In this document: positions 1 through 13,239 of the stretch, one piece after another
How the letters are laid out: the number at the start of each line of letters is the position of its first letter
Position numbering within the stretch: the first letter of the stretch is position 1
Origin: Podarcis melisellensis
Taxonomy: Eukaryota
Assembly: GCA_964234715.1 (NCBI GenBank)
Contig: OZ174275.1
Length of the DNA: 64,000 nucleotides
Direction: 5' to 3' (one strand)
The notes under the pieces: generated by a model
The model's input: the letters and a program-made list of their open reading frames with translations, nothing else
What the model was told of the DNA's origin: nothing
Database searches by the model: none
Position numbers and translations under genes: made by a program

Positions 1-188
1 CCAGGATGACAGAGCCCTTTAATCCACTTTAAATGCATTCCCCCCCCAAATAGTGACCATATGGAGGCACCTTTGCTCTACTTCAGGTAGAGGATGCCCA
101 TTTGACTCACAAGGTCATTTCTGCTAAACCAAGCCCAGCCCATCTGCCCTACACCTGATGTCATATGTGACAGTAGATGTGGGACTAT

Positions 189-410
189 TAATGATCTAGC
201 TTAGCCAAAAGGGACTTTGTAGGCACTTCAGCTGAATGGCAGTGCCCACAAAGCCCTGTTAACAGTGCTCCACAAGCCCCAACTGTCAACTGATGATTGG
301 GTATTGCACAGAGCATCACAAGGGTCTAGTGAAATTCTTTGCGATGTACTCCACCATACCTGTGTGGGCAAAAAACCAAAGTGGTCCCTTTTGGCTAAGC
401 TAGATCATTA
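189..410. repeat. Perfect 27-bp inverted repeat, probably inside a MITE
   Basis: taatgatctagcttagccaaaagggac (189-215) and its exact reverse complement (384-410). Confidence 0.75.
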
Positions 411-3400
411 GTTATCAGGTCAAATATGGGTGGGTGACCCTCCCCACCTGTCAGACTTGGCCCACAAGGGATGGGGGAGATAACTATCTGGCTTGCTGGC
501 CAGATCCAGCTCCCCACCCCTACTTTACTTTTATAAGTAGATCTTGTAGCCCAGCCTTCCATCTTAATATGGAATTACGGTATAATGCTGGCCTGAGGAT
601 TGTTATTTGGCTCAACATCCCCGGATAGTACTAAGTGCCTAGCAGCTTGCAGCATATTGAATTCCCTCCCCTGGCTTCTTTCTTTCCTTCCTTCCTGAAG
701 TTGAGGCCCTGAAAATCACTCCTCGTAGGGCTCTGATAAATTGCTATGGAGACAGCAAACTTTTCCTCTTCCTTACTGCACAGGTGGCTGTTTTGTCCTA
801 CATTCCATCCTAGTTCACTTCCTGTTGAGGGCTGTTCTAGGCTCCTGTTTCAGTGATCATAGAAGCAGTTCCAGTACACAGAAATATCTGAACACTCGGG
901 TATCCTCTGATGACAGGAATGTTGGAGCTGGGATGGTATTATTAGAATAGTGTTTGGCAAGGAAGTCAGAGCAGGGAGCATGTTTACTAGAGAGCTTTGT
1001 GCCCAGGCCAAAGGCATTAAAATGCTTGAAGATCTGCAAACAGATAAGAGAGAGTGGAGAGAAAGTACTTAAGATGGCAGAAAAGGTGGCTATAAAAATA
1101 ATCTCTATCTGGTGGGAATTTTTTGGTTCGTTTCATAAGACAGAAAAATCTCCACTTCAGGGGACATGGCCTAGAAAAGTTTTTACTGGTACAATTGAAC
1201 AGGAAGACACAGCTCAACAGCAGGGAACAGCTGCCTACACATAACTGCTGACCAGACAGAGAGAATCTTGCAAAAATAACTTACCTATCTGCACAATTTT
1301 CCATATTTATACATCTGTCTGTGTGTCCACCTTTTCCTCCTGGACTCACTTTGCTGACGTGGGAAGTGATGGAGAATGTAAAAAGCGGCTTAGTCATCAA
1401 CTTGAGACAATAGTTTATAAGCTGGCATGAATGCCTTCGTGACAACCTCAGCCATCTCCTCCTCCATTGCACACCTGTTCATATGTTTACAATTCTGCTG
1501 CCATCAAGTGACATGGAACTGCTGAGGTATTCCAAACTGCTGTGGCTCTCACCTCAGACTGTGTGTTCAAAGGAGTTCTGGTCAAAAGGAAATGCCTGTC
1601 ATGCATAACAAAAGCCAAGGAGCAATTATAATTATAAGTGTAATAGGTTCAGGCTATCACAGGTCCAGTCTCTTATTCCTTTCTCCCAAACATAATCACA
1701 GGACAAGTTGAAGCAAATTGTATGTGCCACTGTATAGGGTTAGAGCAGCTTACCTGTATGCTTTATTATGCTGCCTTTGAGGTCTGGCTGAGGGAAATAC
1801 ACAGAGTGACTGTCAGACAAATTTTATACCTGCCACTTAAAGTGCTTTTGAGCTTCTTTCCATCTGTTGGTGTGAATGTGTGAAATGCAAAAATGCTGTT
1901 TTAAATTGATTGTATCGGGGGGGGGGGGGTTAATTGATTGATGACTAATGAAGGAAGGTGGATTTATAACCTCTGTGTGTTTTTATGTCACCTGTGAAAA
2001 GACACATTCTTTCTGCTTTTTAGTACTCCACCCATCATTTTCCTCATCTCACTATATGTATTTGGGATTCCCCCCCCACACACACATTTTAACCTTGGGG
2101 AAGGCCTCCTTATGTCATAGTTAACAGGCATAGCTCTCTTGCCCAGTTCCCTCTCCTTCCCCAGGGCTGTCTGCTTCATACCATCCCCTTTGGTATTTCT
2201 CCCCTCCGCCTGGTCTGGGTGAAACTTGACAATCTGGGGTCAAACTCTGCCAGTTGTGCTAGCATTTGTTTCCTCCAGGATGCTTTGCAAATGCCCAGAA
2301 GGCTTTTTCAGACTGTGTTCATCTCAGGGATGACCAGAGAGTGGTGAGAGTTGTAGGAATTCTCATGGGTGAAATCGGTTGTTTTCCTCTCAGTCTTGTT
2401 AGTTACACCGGAGGGGCAGAGAAAAGGTGAAGGAAACTGCATTGTGGAACAGGTAATAATGAAAGAAATGGTGGCAAGACGGGGAGGAGAACGGGGCAGG
2501 CAATGAAGAAGGGGCAGTACACAGTGTTCAGCTCTGGCAACTACAATAAGCGATAGGATTATATTGGAGTCTGGTCATAGGGAAGTATGGACCAGCATCT
2601 GAGAGAGGCAAGTAAGGTGAACATCTTTTGCTTGAGCAGCTAGACATTTAAAGTAGGAGACCCATGATTTCTAAGTGGTGATAATGTACACTCACTGAAA
2701 CAAAGGAAGATTCCCAAGTGCACTGTGATATGCCTGTGCTAGATTATGCCAGTGCGATTTCAACCTAAGTATGTGTGTCAGGGGTGAGGAAACTATTGCC
2801 TTCAAGCTGTTGTTGAGCCAGCACAGAGATGTTGAGGGCCATATGTCCTCAATCCCTGGAATATGGGCCATGGAGTATGTCTGTGCATGTGCATGTACAG
2901 ATTAATATGTGCATATATAGACTAGATAAATAGAAGCTGTGGAGAGCAACCATGGGGTGCTCGAACCAGAGTGGGAGAAGAGAGCAGTAGATGTGAGAGA
3001 ACAAGGTGGTTATCCACAGTGCAGCTGTGAGCAGACTTTGAGAAATATTGTCCCAGAGGAAGAGGTAAATATGAAAATAAAGATAAGCATTATTCGTGGA
3101 GTCTCCCACCCTTACATGTTCCCACTGTTTGCTGGGAATCTGGCTAGTAAACAGATAAAATGGGGGAGAACATCCTCTCATAGGCTAGCTGAAAGATAAC
3201 TTTTCCTTCAGTCTGATACATTGGGAATGTGGGTCTTGTCTGGTAAATATTGAAGAACACTAACACACCAGCAGAATTTTTGAGTCTTTTGGCCATACTC
3301 TCAGCAATCATGGATCACATGAGCACTTACTAAATTGTGTGAGACATTAAATCCTTATTAGCAGCTTAAACATAGCCTCTTAGCCATAATTTCACATTTA

Positions 3401-4569
3401 GGTTTGCTGGGCCAATTTCTCCACTTAAGAAGATCCGATCAATTAAATGTGTGTTACTTGTGTTCTGCAAAGCCCCTGGCTTGAAGCATCATGCAGAAAA
3501 AAAGATACAGTTAAGAGAAAGTGAAACACACTTTAAGTCTCACTGAAATAAAAAATAAAATAACACTGTGCTTAGATCATGCTGATTTCAGTGGATTGTA
3601 TTAGTTGGGATTGTAAAGAACTATGAGTTGAACTTGGATAGAAATTAATTAGCCACATTAGTTTAGTTTTCTTAAATTTTTCCATCACTTACCATGACCA
3701 AAGGAAATCCCAAAGAAACTGAGCAGAAAAAGGGGGGAAAATGAATTCTGATAAACTATGCAGTATAACAGTATATAATGCAGTTTCTGTGCCCTATCTT
3801 CCCTCAGTTTATCACAGGTGTTACAAGAAACAGTAGTGCCAAGGGAGAGAAGCAAATCTTCAATAACAGGTAGCTGTGCTGTTATTTTAGCATTAGTGGC
3901 ATGTTTTGGTTTGGTTTTGTTTTGAAATCCTAAAAGAGCATATTTGGTCCAGGACTGCAGTCTTTACAAATGTTTCAGGAAAGAGGAAGTTTGGAGTATG
4001 TCCATTCTCTTGTAGAAGGCCTTGTAAAGATTGTAATGCTATAAGGACAGTTTATCTGTAACACTGTAGACAGCTGGGGATGCAGGGATTTCTTGAGCTG
4101 CCCTGCTTTCACTATAATGTCAGCAGCTATAAATTAGGGATTTAAAGGCTCAAAAAATTGCATCCCCTCTCCAAAATTTTCAATTTGATTTGGCAATGCA
4201 TAATCAGAAGCATCTAGTCCACCTTGACGGATTAGAGCTACTAGAGCAGGTGTTTTGGTTTCATTTTTTCAGAAAGTCGGAGGTGGTTTTGTTTTTATTC
4301 TTTTGGAGGGGGAATGTAGTGCCAACACCCTGAAAGGAAATGGTGATCTGATTCCTGGAGAAAAGGGGGTAGGAATCCAATTTGGAATTGAGTGAGTGTA
4401 ACTGTTTCCTGTTATTGAACATGCCTTTTTTATGCAACATATTTTAGCGTATTGTGGCATCTCTACTCCGTGTATTTCTGGATTAAACTGATTTTTAAGA
4501 TCCTTTCTGGACTGGTTTTATGCCTGCTTTTGGAATCAAAACTTTTGGTTGCATTAGTGCATAAGTAGC

Positions 4570-4690
4570 CAAGGCAATGCCTTCAAAGTGTTGTTATACT
4601 ACAACTCCCATTATCCCTGACCATGTTGGCTGGGGCTGATGGGTGTTGCAGCCCAACAACAATTTGAGAACATCAGGATGGCTCCCCCTG
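4570..4690. mobile_element. Palindromic squamate MITE (actacaactcccat...atgggagttgtagt family)
   Basis: Hairpin core recurs about 9 times in the window. Confidence 0.7.
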
Positions 4691-4974
4691 TGTTAGTGGG
4701 TAACCCATATCAGTAAATGGACATAATAAGTGTGACCTTGTTGATTGTCCTGGGCCTCTCACATAACTTGCAGTGCAATTTACTATGCTATCTTTCTGGG
4801 TACCTTGTGGTAGTAGGATTAGGGAACACAGTCTTGCAGTGGTTCTGATCATTGTGGAGGATTGATCCTAGAAGGTGGTGCTGGGAGATTATAGACTTTC
4901 TAGCCTTTGGCATTCAGGGTGCCACAAGTTTTCATCTTGTCCCCATTGCTTTTTAATATCTGTATGCAATTACT

Positions 4975-5140
4975 GAGAATGGTCATCCAGAAGTTTAGGC
5001 TGAAGTGTCACCATACACTGATGAAATGCAGCTCTACCTCTCAATATAAGCAACAAACCTGAGGAATTAATGTGGGTGAACAAATTCAGTGCAGATAAGA
5101 CAGAGGTGCTGTTGACTCAGTGCAGATAAGACAGAGGCTC
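4975..5140 (+). mobile_element. L2 LINE RT remnant with an internal tandem duplication
   Basis: Decayed CH-Y(A/T)D(D/E)xQLYLS and DKTEVLL motifs typical of L2 ORF2. Confidence 0.6.
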
Positions 5141-6500
5141 TGTTCCTCTGCGTGACTATAGTCAAATCTGTTTGGGACGTGGTTATCCTTCCTTGTATCC
5201 TTACCCTTTCCTTCCTGGATTTGCTGGTTGTAGCTTTTTTCCTGTTGCTTCATGGTGAATGGAACAAAGTTTTCTCCATTCACTTGTAAGGAGCAGGGAA
5301 AGGGGGCTGAAGCAGGAAAATCCCTTTTGCGGGAAAACAATCCCTAGCCTTGCATACAATAAGATATGGCAGATTGTATAGGGTGAAAATCAAGTTTTAA
5401 ATTTTGCCTAGGATTGCAAAAGAGCTTGCACTTGTGTGCATTATCTGAGCTTTTCTTTCTGCTCTTTTAGAAGGTTGAAGAAGGCATCAGGATTCATGTT
5501 ACGTCTTTCCTCCCAAAAAAGGACAGAAAATGTGGATTGTGAGAAAGAGAGAGGACCAGTCCTTCTAGCCCCTTCCTGTGTTCTTCCCAGTGTGAATTCA
5601 TTTCCCCCTTTTGGAGAATATAGTGTCTACAACTCCATTTCTGTGTCATGCCAAGCCCACTAGTAGCCCACCCACCCTGTTCCAGAAACAGGAGTTCCAT
5701 TTTAGGCATGCACACAGGCATTTGTTTACCTGTCCATTGCCATTTTTTAAATAAAACAACAACAATGAACTATGTTTTCTAGTATAACAGACTTGCACAA
5801 AACAGTAGGTTAAAAAATAAGAAAGTGTGTGTGTTGTGCCTAGATGCACAAACAGTCCACCAATGGAAGTAGAGAGAATAGCCCCCACCCACATTGAAAG
5901 AACCCACACAATGTGCTTCAGTATGTCCACAGTTGGGTAACATGAAAAACATGTTCGCCCCCCCCCCCGAAAATCTCAGTTAAAGTTGGGAGGATGGAGA
6001 ACAATGCCAGCACAGGCTGCCACTTGAATGAGGACAGTTTCATGTGGACAACCTGAAAAATATACACACATGGGATGCATCGATTCCACTTCAAAGTAAA
6101 TCCTGAGACTAGCAGAATGTTTTTCTGAAAGCTCCACACAAAGGCAGGCTGTGCTATGCGAAATGCAATCTTCCTGTAAGTTATATCCCCACCTACTGGG
6201 CACAGTTAACTCTGATGCATTCAAATACCCTGCTGGTGGCTGCTGCAATATTTCATAACGTGCAGAAGCCAGGAGTTAGAAAAATATGTAAACGGCAGTT
6301 GTGGCTTGCAGCTTCCTTGAATTATCTTGAGGTGTCTTGTTTTGCTTTTAGATATATGTGTGTGTGTGTATGTGTGTGTTTTGGTGGCAGTGGGAGAATA
6401 AGAACATGTTTTCCTGGGAGAGGTAACACTTTGCTTTGCTTCCCTTCAGGGGCCTTTTCATGCTAACTAAAACAAGAACAGCAGCCAAACGCCCAGAACT

Positions 6501-6648
6501 ATGACATCGGCCACTGATTTTGATCACTTGGAGATTCAGCAGCAGTACAGTCGGATCAACGCTCGCTGGGACGCATCTGACGATGAGCTGGACAATGACA
6601 ACAGTTCTGCTAGGCTTTTCGAGAGATCTCGGATCAAAGCTCTGGCAG
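6501..6648 (+). CDS. SPTB: SPTB exon 2 (first coding exon; exon starts at 6450)
   Basis: Acceptor tcccttcag at 6449; MTSATDFD...RIKALA; donor G|GTACAC; 148 nt coding. Confidence 0.96.
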
Positions 6649-9174
6649 GTACACACGACATTGCCTCATGGAGACATTTCTTTATATGCTGATCCCTAAC
6701 TTTTCCTCTCCTCACTGAGTAGTAGCACATGTTGGTAGGATCTGTTTTTGCTGCTATTCCTTCATTTTTCAAAGAGCCCTCTTAAGAGCTCTGCACAACC
6801 TGCAGGCCGTCAGCCCAATTACCAAGCACCAGTCTGCCAAGTTCTTGATGGCTTCTCTGTTTTTGTATTCCCAGGCAGGCAGGCAGGAAAAAACAAGAGC
6901 TTTCTTAAGACTCTGGCAGCCTAATGTATGTAGCTGGTAGGTTGCATTTGGCTTGGCTTGGTCAGGTTGTCTGGGATTGCCTTAGAGCCTAATATTATGT
7001 TAGGTGGTGCTTATATGATTCTTCACCATAGGCTAGTGTCAGAGCATCTTGGAGGCTTTAATGTAGCTTTGCAGATAAATACTGAGGCCATATATCACCT
7101 GCTGTGGCCATCTGTCCCTCTCTCATCCATCACTCTCTTTTGCTACCATCATATCAAGGACAGTCTCTCAAAAAGAAGGGGAGAGAGCTCACACACTTAA
7201 GTAGCTATATAGCAGGCTGCGGTTTCCCCACAGCTGGGGAAATGCTGTATGGCTACAAGACCCTGCAAGCACATACTCACATACACACATGCACTTGGAA
7301 GGAAAACAAGAGACAAGGTGTATGCAGCAAACATATTGCTGTATTGTGTTTCCTTTGTGGCCAATAATGAGGTGCAGAGAGGTCTGAGTAGGCAGGTGGC
7401 AGTGGGAAAGGTGGACAGACAAGGGGATTTGTCAAGTCAGGCACCCACTAAAAGCTTTGTCTTCCAACTAGAAAGCCAGTGCTTGCAGAACAAGACTGTT
7501 AAGTGTTTTTAACAGGCTTCTTTGCGCTTGGGAGAAAGAGAGATGGCATATACATTACCTACTGAACCGCATAACTTTGGGCACAACACAGCCGTGTGGA
7601 ATGAATGAAAAGCTGAGTGTAGACAGATGAAAGTGGTAGGAATTTATGTTTAGGCCAAGGAAAGGCCTTCCAGTTCACTGAGAGAGGAGGCAGAAATAGT
7701 GGGAGATTCTATTTGTGAATCTACAGGGGTTCTTTGTTTAAAGGGATATTGCTGTATATTACAGGCCAGATTGCAAGGGCAGAAGAGTGGCCACCTAACT
7801 TGGTAGCCTTCTGGATGAAAGCAAGAAACTCTCCCCATGTCATTCCTATATCTGGCCTGAAATCTCTAATTTTTAGCAGAAAAAAACACATTTCAGCCTT
7901 GATACAAAATGCTAATTTCAAACCAATACAAATCTAAACAAGCTTCAGACTTGTTTAATTATTGCAGCTTCCAGCCTAAGATGTTTAAGGTTTGTAGATC
8001 TTGGAAGTGGCAATGAAGCTTTAACAAATGATCCTCAAAACAGCTCACATTTGCAGTGTAGAAACATAGTACAAGAATTCCATATAATGAACCACCTGCT
8101 ATATCTTCATGTGAATTGTTCAGTTAATAACTGGGGTGCAGGATGATAGTTCTCAGCCGGTGTTTTAATGCTTTATGTGCAGCCTTGGTCCTCTAATGAA
8201 GACTTGAATCCGACATGTGCCTCAAGTCACGACTCTTAACAAAATCTGAATTAGCTGAACAATAAACTGAGATCATATTGTCTAAATATTACTCACTCCC
8301 CAGTTCACTTTTGTATTTGAACCCATCAGTTTGGCTAAATAGAATTTTAAGCCCTTGGGAGCCTGGAGCTCATCCAATTAAGTCGGGTGGGTGGGAGGAA
8401 GAATCTAATGCAATTAGAGGGGTCAAATGCACTTTCTCCCTGCAGGGGAAACGTGCAATAAACAGGCAGTAATGTTTCTTAGCAAAATATATTGGGGAAT
8501 AGGGGAAGTGAATTCTGCGTTGGAGGATTCTGGGGGAAATGGGAGAATGAAGCAATGATAGTTTACTGCAGGTACGCTCCTCAAGAATTTGGAATTGCCT
8601 GCAAGCTTCCTGTTGACAATACACCATGTGGCAAACCCAGTTGCCTGGGTCCTAAGAAACATGTTTTCTTTAAGCATGCCTTCCGTGTGGCTTCACAGCA
8701 AGTTCAAATGATGTGGGTTAATTATTTCTGAACCAACATTGGGTGCTTCCGGATGGCCTGTTTTATTGAACATTTATCCTGATTTCTTCTTATGGAGATT
8801 AGATAATGTTGGCTATCTGATGAACAGCCATTCCAGTTTGTTTGCAGGGAGGTTAGATGATGTGTCAAACCATTATCCTGCACTTTCCAATATATTTCCT
8901 CATCACTTTCCTTAGCACAACCTCCCCACCCTTCTCCCCATCTTTTAGGGAAGTGAGTTTGTTGCACAAGACCTCCCAATCAACTGCAATTTCACAATCT
9001 GAATTTGCCAGTATGTGATTGGATCCAACCAGAAGATAGTGACAGCCTGGAAGTCACCATGATGTACCATGACTGTGAGGACAAAAGAGTGGTGAAAGGG
9101 ATGGATTTTTCTTTGAGTAGCAGGCAGGTGTGCCTTGTGTTTGTCAGAATGCTTGAAGGCCAATGAAGTGCCTG

Positions 9175-9390
9175 AGGGCTTATCCACACTCACCTTTCCT
9201 CCACTGTTTCTAGGCATGGTCCATGATTTAAAACATTGTGTCCAAGCACCCCACCCCCCACTTTTTCTTTTTTTTCCTTTTTTGCTCTGGCGTTTTCTCT
9301 GCAAAAACCTGCTCTTTAAAGTTCAAAAAGAGCAGGGCAAAGAGCAGGAAAGAGCAAGGCAAAAGGTACCGGTAAGTGTGGATAAGCCCT
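9175..9390. mobile_element. MITE with 16-bp terminal inverted repeats (Harbinger-like)
   Basis: agggcttatccacact ... agtgtggataagccct. Confidence 0.55.
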
Positions 9391-10743
9391 GCATATTACT
9401 GTGCCCCAAAGCACAGTTTGTCCCTTCTTCAGATTGGTTCAAACAGTACCCTGCTGTTATCAGTGATTCTGGTAACTGCCATAGCTATTTTAGTCACTCT
9501 GACACATGACTTGAGAATTATGTTTTGGAAATTCCGGTCTTGGATTCCTGACACATCGCAAGCCCTGTACCCAGTAGCTAGCTTTCTAAAAGCTGCCTGA
9601 TTTTAAAATGGGAGTGCACCTTAGCTTCTTTCTCTTTCATGGCTGGTTCTTGACTTCCATTCCTCGCTTTACACAAAGGAGGGGGGGGCAGAGTGAGAGG
9701 AAAGGCTTAGGATAGTTTAAATTAAATTACAGTGATGATGCAATTAGATGAGCTGTGTATTGTTCATTTCGTTTTCTGGTCCTGGGAAATGTAATTAGCA
9801 TCAGAGTAAGTGTCAAATTGTGCACATGCTGCACCTAATAAAAAGTTCTCAGAACAAATTCAGACTCTCTCTTTAATTGATCTGTGTAACTGAGCTTCAA
9901 GAAGTCTATAAAAGTATAATAGTGAAGAAGCCAAGTTCAGGAACATATCTTAAACAGCTCTTGTTCTTACTGCAATGTCTTTTTAAGCTTCAAAGATCAT
10001 TAGTGTGAAGGGCAGGAGGCAAAAAATACTGTACTATTGATCAAGCAAGGACCAAAGTTCAGTATCCTAATACTGAAATCCTAATATTCAAATCAGGCCT
10101 GGCCAATCCAGAGCTTCATACTGCCTGAAAGTCACATTTGCCAGTTTTTCAGAGCCTTGTTCTCTACTGTGCCTTAAGGTGGTTCTGATTCGTCAGCAGA
10201 TGTAGTCTTGATTGGCTCAGCCTCAGCCAATGTGATCTCCAGTTCAAGGCTTTATGTCCCTGTGACAGAGTGGGCCCTTGAGGGTCACATGCACCACACA
10301 AACTCCCAGGGCAGCCATACTGCTTTGTTTCCAATAAGTGCATGCCCAGTAGCTGCCTGCTGAAATGTTGTAACTCCAGAATGGTATTCTGGAGAGTAGT
10401 GGCAGCTGGGCTTTGGAACTTGAGTGCTAGAGAATAATAGTTATAGGGGAGGTACAAGGAACTGTGCAGGGCACTAAATTCTGACCTTTACAAAGCTCCT
10501 GTCTGGCTTTGGGGATCTTACCAAATACTGTCCAAACATTTAAACTTTCCTTGGATGCTATAAGCCTAGAAGCTGACTAGTTTTAAAACAAAAACAAATC
10601 ATTGAGATTTTCAGAATACAAAATTTCCCACCACATACCAGAGTTTGCACCTGTGCAGCAGCTTTACAGAATTTCATGTGGGTGTGCATTTTTATTATGA
10701 GTGTTTGAGTTCAGTGACTAAGATAGTCTTCTCTTGTTTTCAG

Positions 10744-10895
10744 ATGAGCGGGAAGCCGTGCAGAAGAAAACCTTCACCAAATGGGTGAATTCCCACCTGG
10801 CACGTGTGACCTGTCGCATTTCTGATCTCTACATGGACCTCAGAGATGGAAGGATGTTAATCAAACTGCTGGAGGTTCTTTCTGGAGAGCTGCTG
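10744..10895 (+). CDS. SPTB: SPTB exon 3, CH1 domain
   Basis: [19 protein letters not shown]...[10 protein letters not shown]; ttttcag| and |gtagaa; 152 nt. Confidence 0.96.
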
Positions 10896-11692
10896 GTAGA
10901 ATTCCCTCTTACTTTCGCTCTTCTATGGAACTAACAGTGCATAAGATACATGAATTCTTGCCCTAAGGAAAATAATCATGTTCTTCCTAAGTATACTTCT
11001 CAGATTACAAAATTCTTCTTCTGCATAGAAAACAAGGTGCAAATTGTGTGTAGAGCATCAGGAGTAATGATTGTGGATACAGATTTTTCACAGCATATAT
11101 TGGTACCGGAAAGCCATTTTGTGTTTCCGATTTTGGAATTAGTTTAACCTGTAAAGTTACTCTAATGCAGGCTGTTTTTCAACAGCCACCCCTTGCGTGC
11201 TGTCCTTCATCTTCTCCTTTCAACACATGGCACATTGTAATCTAGATGAGATAAGATGACCATTGGAGAACAAGATAAATGAAAGATTGTGCTTTGGTGT
11301 TGTGGACTGGGTCTCACAAAAGTGAGCTTTGTTCTGGTTCCATGGTTGTATGATATCAGATTTCATATACACATACTATGTTTTGCATTTTTTGCTTTTG
11401 AGAACAAAAAGTAGGCTGCACGTTTAAGTAGGTGAGAAGAATTAGTAGGCAATTTTGTAATATGTAGCTGAAATGTATGTATGTTCTACGTATTTGGAAA
11501 CCTACCATTTGTCATAATTTTAGCAAAGGTTTAGAGTCTGCGCTATTGAGCAGATCCCCTTTTGCTATTGCAAGAATTAGAATTTGTTTCTTAAAAGAGA
11601 GTAGATGCAATGTGGGTGTTCTCCCTTCAGGGAATTAGGTGATAGCCGAAAACTCTTAGAAGTCTAAATACCACCTTTTCCTCACTTCATAG

Positions 11693-11866
11693 CCCAAACC
11701 CACCAAGGGGCGCATGCGGATCCACTGCCTGGAGAATGTGGACAAGGCCCTGCAGTTTCTCAAGGAGCAACGGGTACACCTGGAGAACATGGGCTCTCAC
11801 GACATTGTTGATGGCAATCACCGCCTGGTGCTGGGCCTTATCTGGACAATCATCCTGCGCTTCCAG
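11693..11866 (+). CDS. SPTB: SPTB exon 4, CH1 domain
   Basis: [20 protein letters not shown]...[12 protein letters not shown]; |gtgagt; 174 nt. Confidence 0.96.
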
Positions 11867-12009
11867 GTGAGTGCTAGGCCAGATTCCCACAAAAAGACAA
11901 AGAGGAGGTTATCAGTAGGATATCATGTTGTGACAGCGGCTATAAACTAGGGTTTATACATGTTGGCAGATTACTATTTGGGGTTTTCATATCCACACTC
12001 TTGCTTGTC

Positions 12010-12248
12010 TAGGGTTGCAATATTTCAGAAAGTGAAAATCTGGACAGAAACGTTTTTTTTAGTTTTGCCCAAAGTTGATGAACTTTTTTTTGCAAAATCA
12101 GTAAAAAAATGAAACAAATGATGTTTCTGAGCTATTTTTAAGGGAAATCGGCAAAAACAACACTGCTGACATTGGTTGCCATACGTTCGGATTTCCCCGG
12201 ACTGTATTCTAGGAATGTCCAGGAAATTCCAGACATATGCCAACCCTA
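12010..12248. mobile_element. hAT-type MITE
   Basis: TIR tagggttg/caacccta; 8-bp TSD TGCTTGTC on both sides. Confidence 0.85.
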
Positions 12249-13239
12249 TGCTTGTCATATGCTGAGAAGTAATTCTTCCAGGCTGGAGCAAGTTGCCAGC
12301 GTAAAGTTTTTATAGAATGGATGAAGCCATGTTTTTTATTGTATGTTAATAAATGTTGCTCCATTGAATTGTAGCCATTAGCACTTGACTTTTCACGCCG
12401 CTAAAGGACACAAAGAAAGCAGAGAAAGAAGCAGGGAGATCTTGCCACCCAGGGATGGGAAAGTCTGCTATGAGGCTTGGAGGAAGAAAGAGCAAGCAAG
12501 CATACTCCTGAACTCTTGAGCTCCCAAAGCATGAAATTCCTCCCTCTCTCTTTCTTTAAAAGCAGCATCCCCATCACTGTCAAAAGCCCTGTTTATGGTT
12601 TCCCCCAGCTCCACTGGAAGGTTTCAGTGACAATTTCTTCAAGGATGAAATGTTGCTTCCATAGTATTGTAACTTCTGCTGCATCGACCATTGTGCCAGA
12701 GATAAGGCTGTCCCATAATCTGAGTATGTGTGCTAGAATTGCTCTCAGGTGTCATTTTAGGCTGGATCATGTCTATTTCTTCTGGGGCTTGTGCAAACAA
12801 GTTACACATACAACTGCTTCTGTGGGCAGCAGCTAATCCCTTTTTGGTTGTACTAATCTGACCCATTGTGATATGAAAGGATGCTGGTGGTTTTCAAAGC
12901 AGTTCAAGTGTAAGCCTTTTTGGAGCAAGACTGCCTTTCTGCACTGTCCAGCACAAAAGCCGACATGCGGCAGTTTATACTTAGCAATGTTAATAATACC
13001 CTAGCTGAGAATCCATCTTCTTTTTTAACGCTGCAAATAAGATGTCAGGAGAAGAATGAAATGTTTGGTATGTTTGCAACTCGTTCAGTGCAAACCTATG
13101 CATGTTTACTCAGAAGTAAGTCTCACTGTGTTTATTGGGGCTACATAGGATTGCAGCCTGAATCACTGGGAGACCAGTGACTGAGGGTAGGGTGGGTTTT
13201 TTCTTCTTACCAGAAATAGGCCCCCTGAAGTGTGTCTGT

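Noticed and set aside
2279-2452. Possible non-coding 5' exon (cctccag| ... cag|gtaata)
   Set aside because: Only splice-like motifs; no CpG island or promoter evidence. The true exon 1 is probably outside the window.
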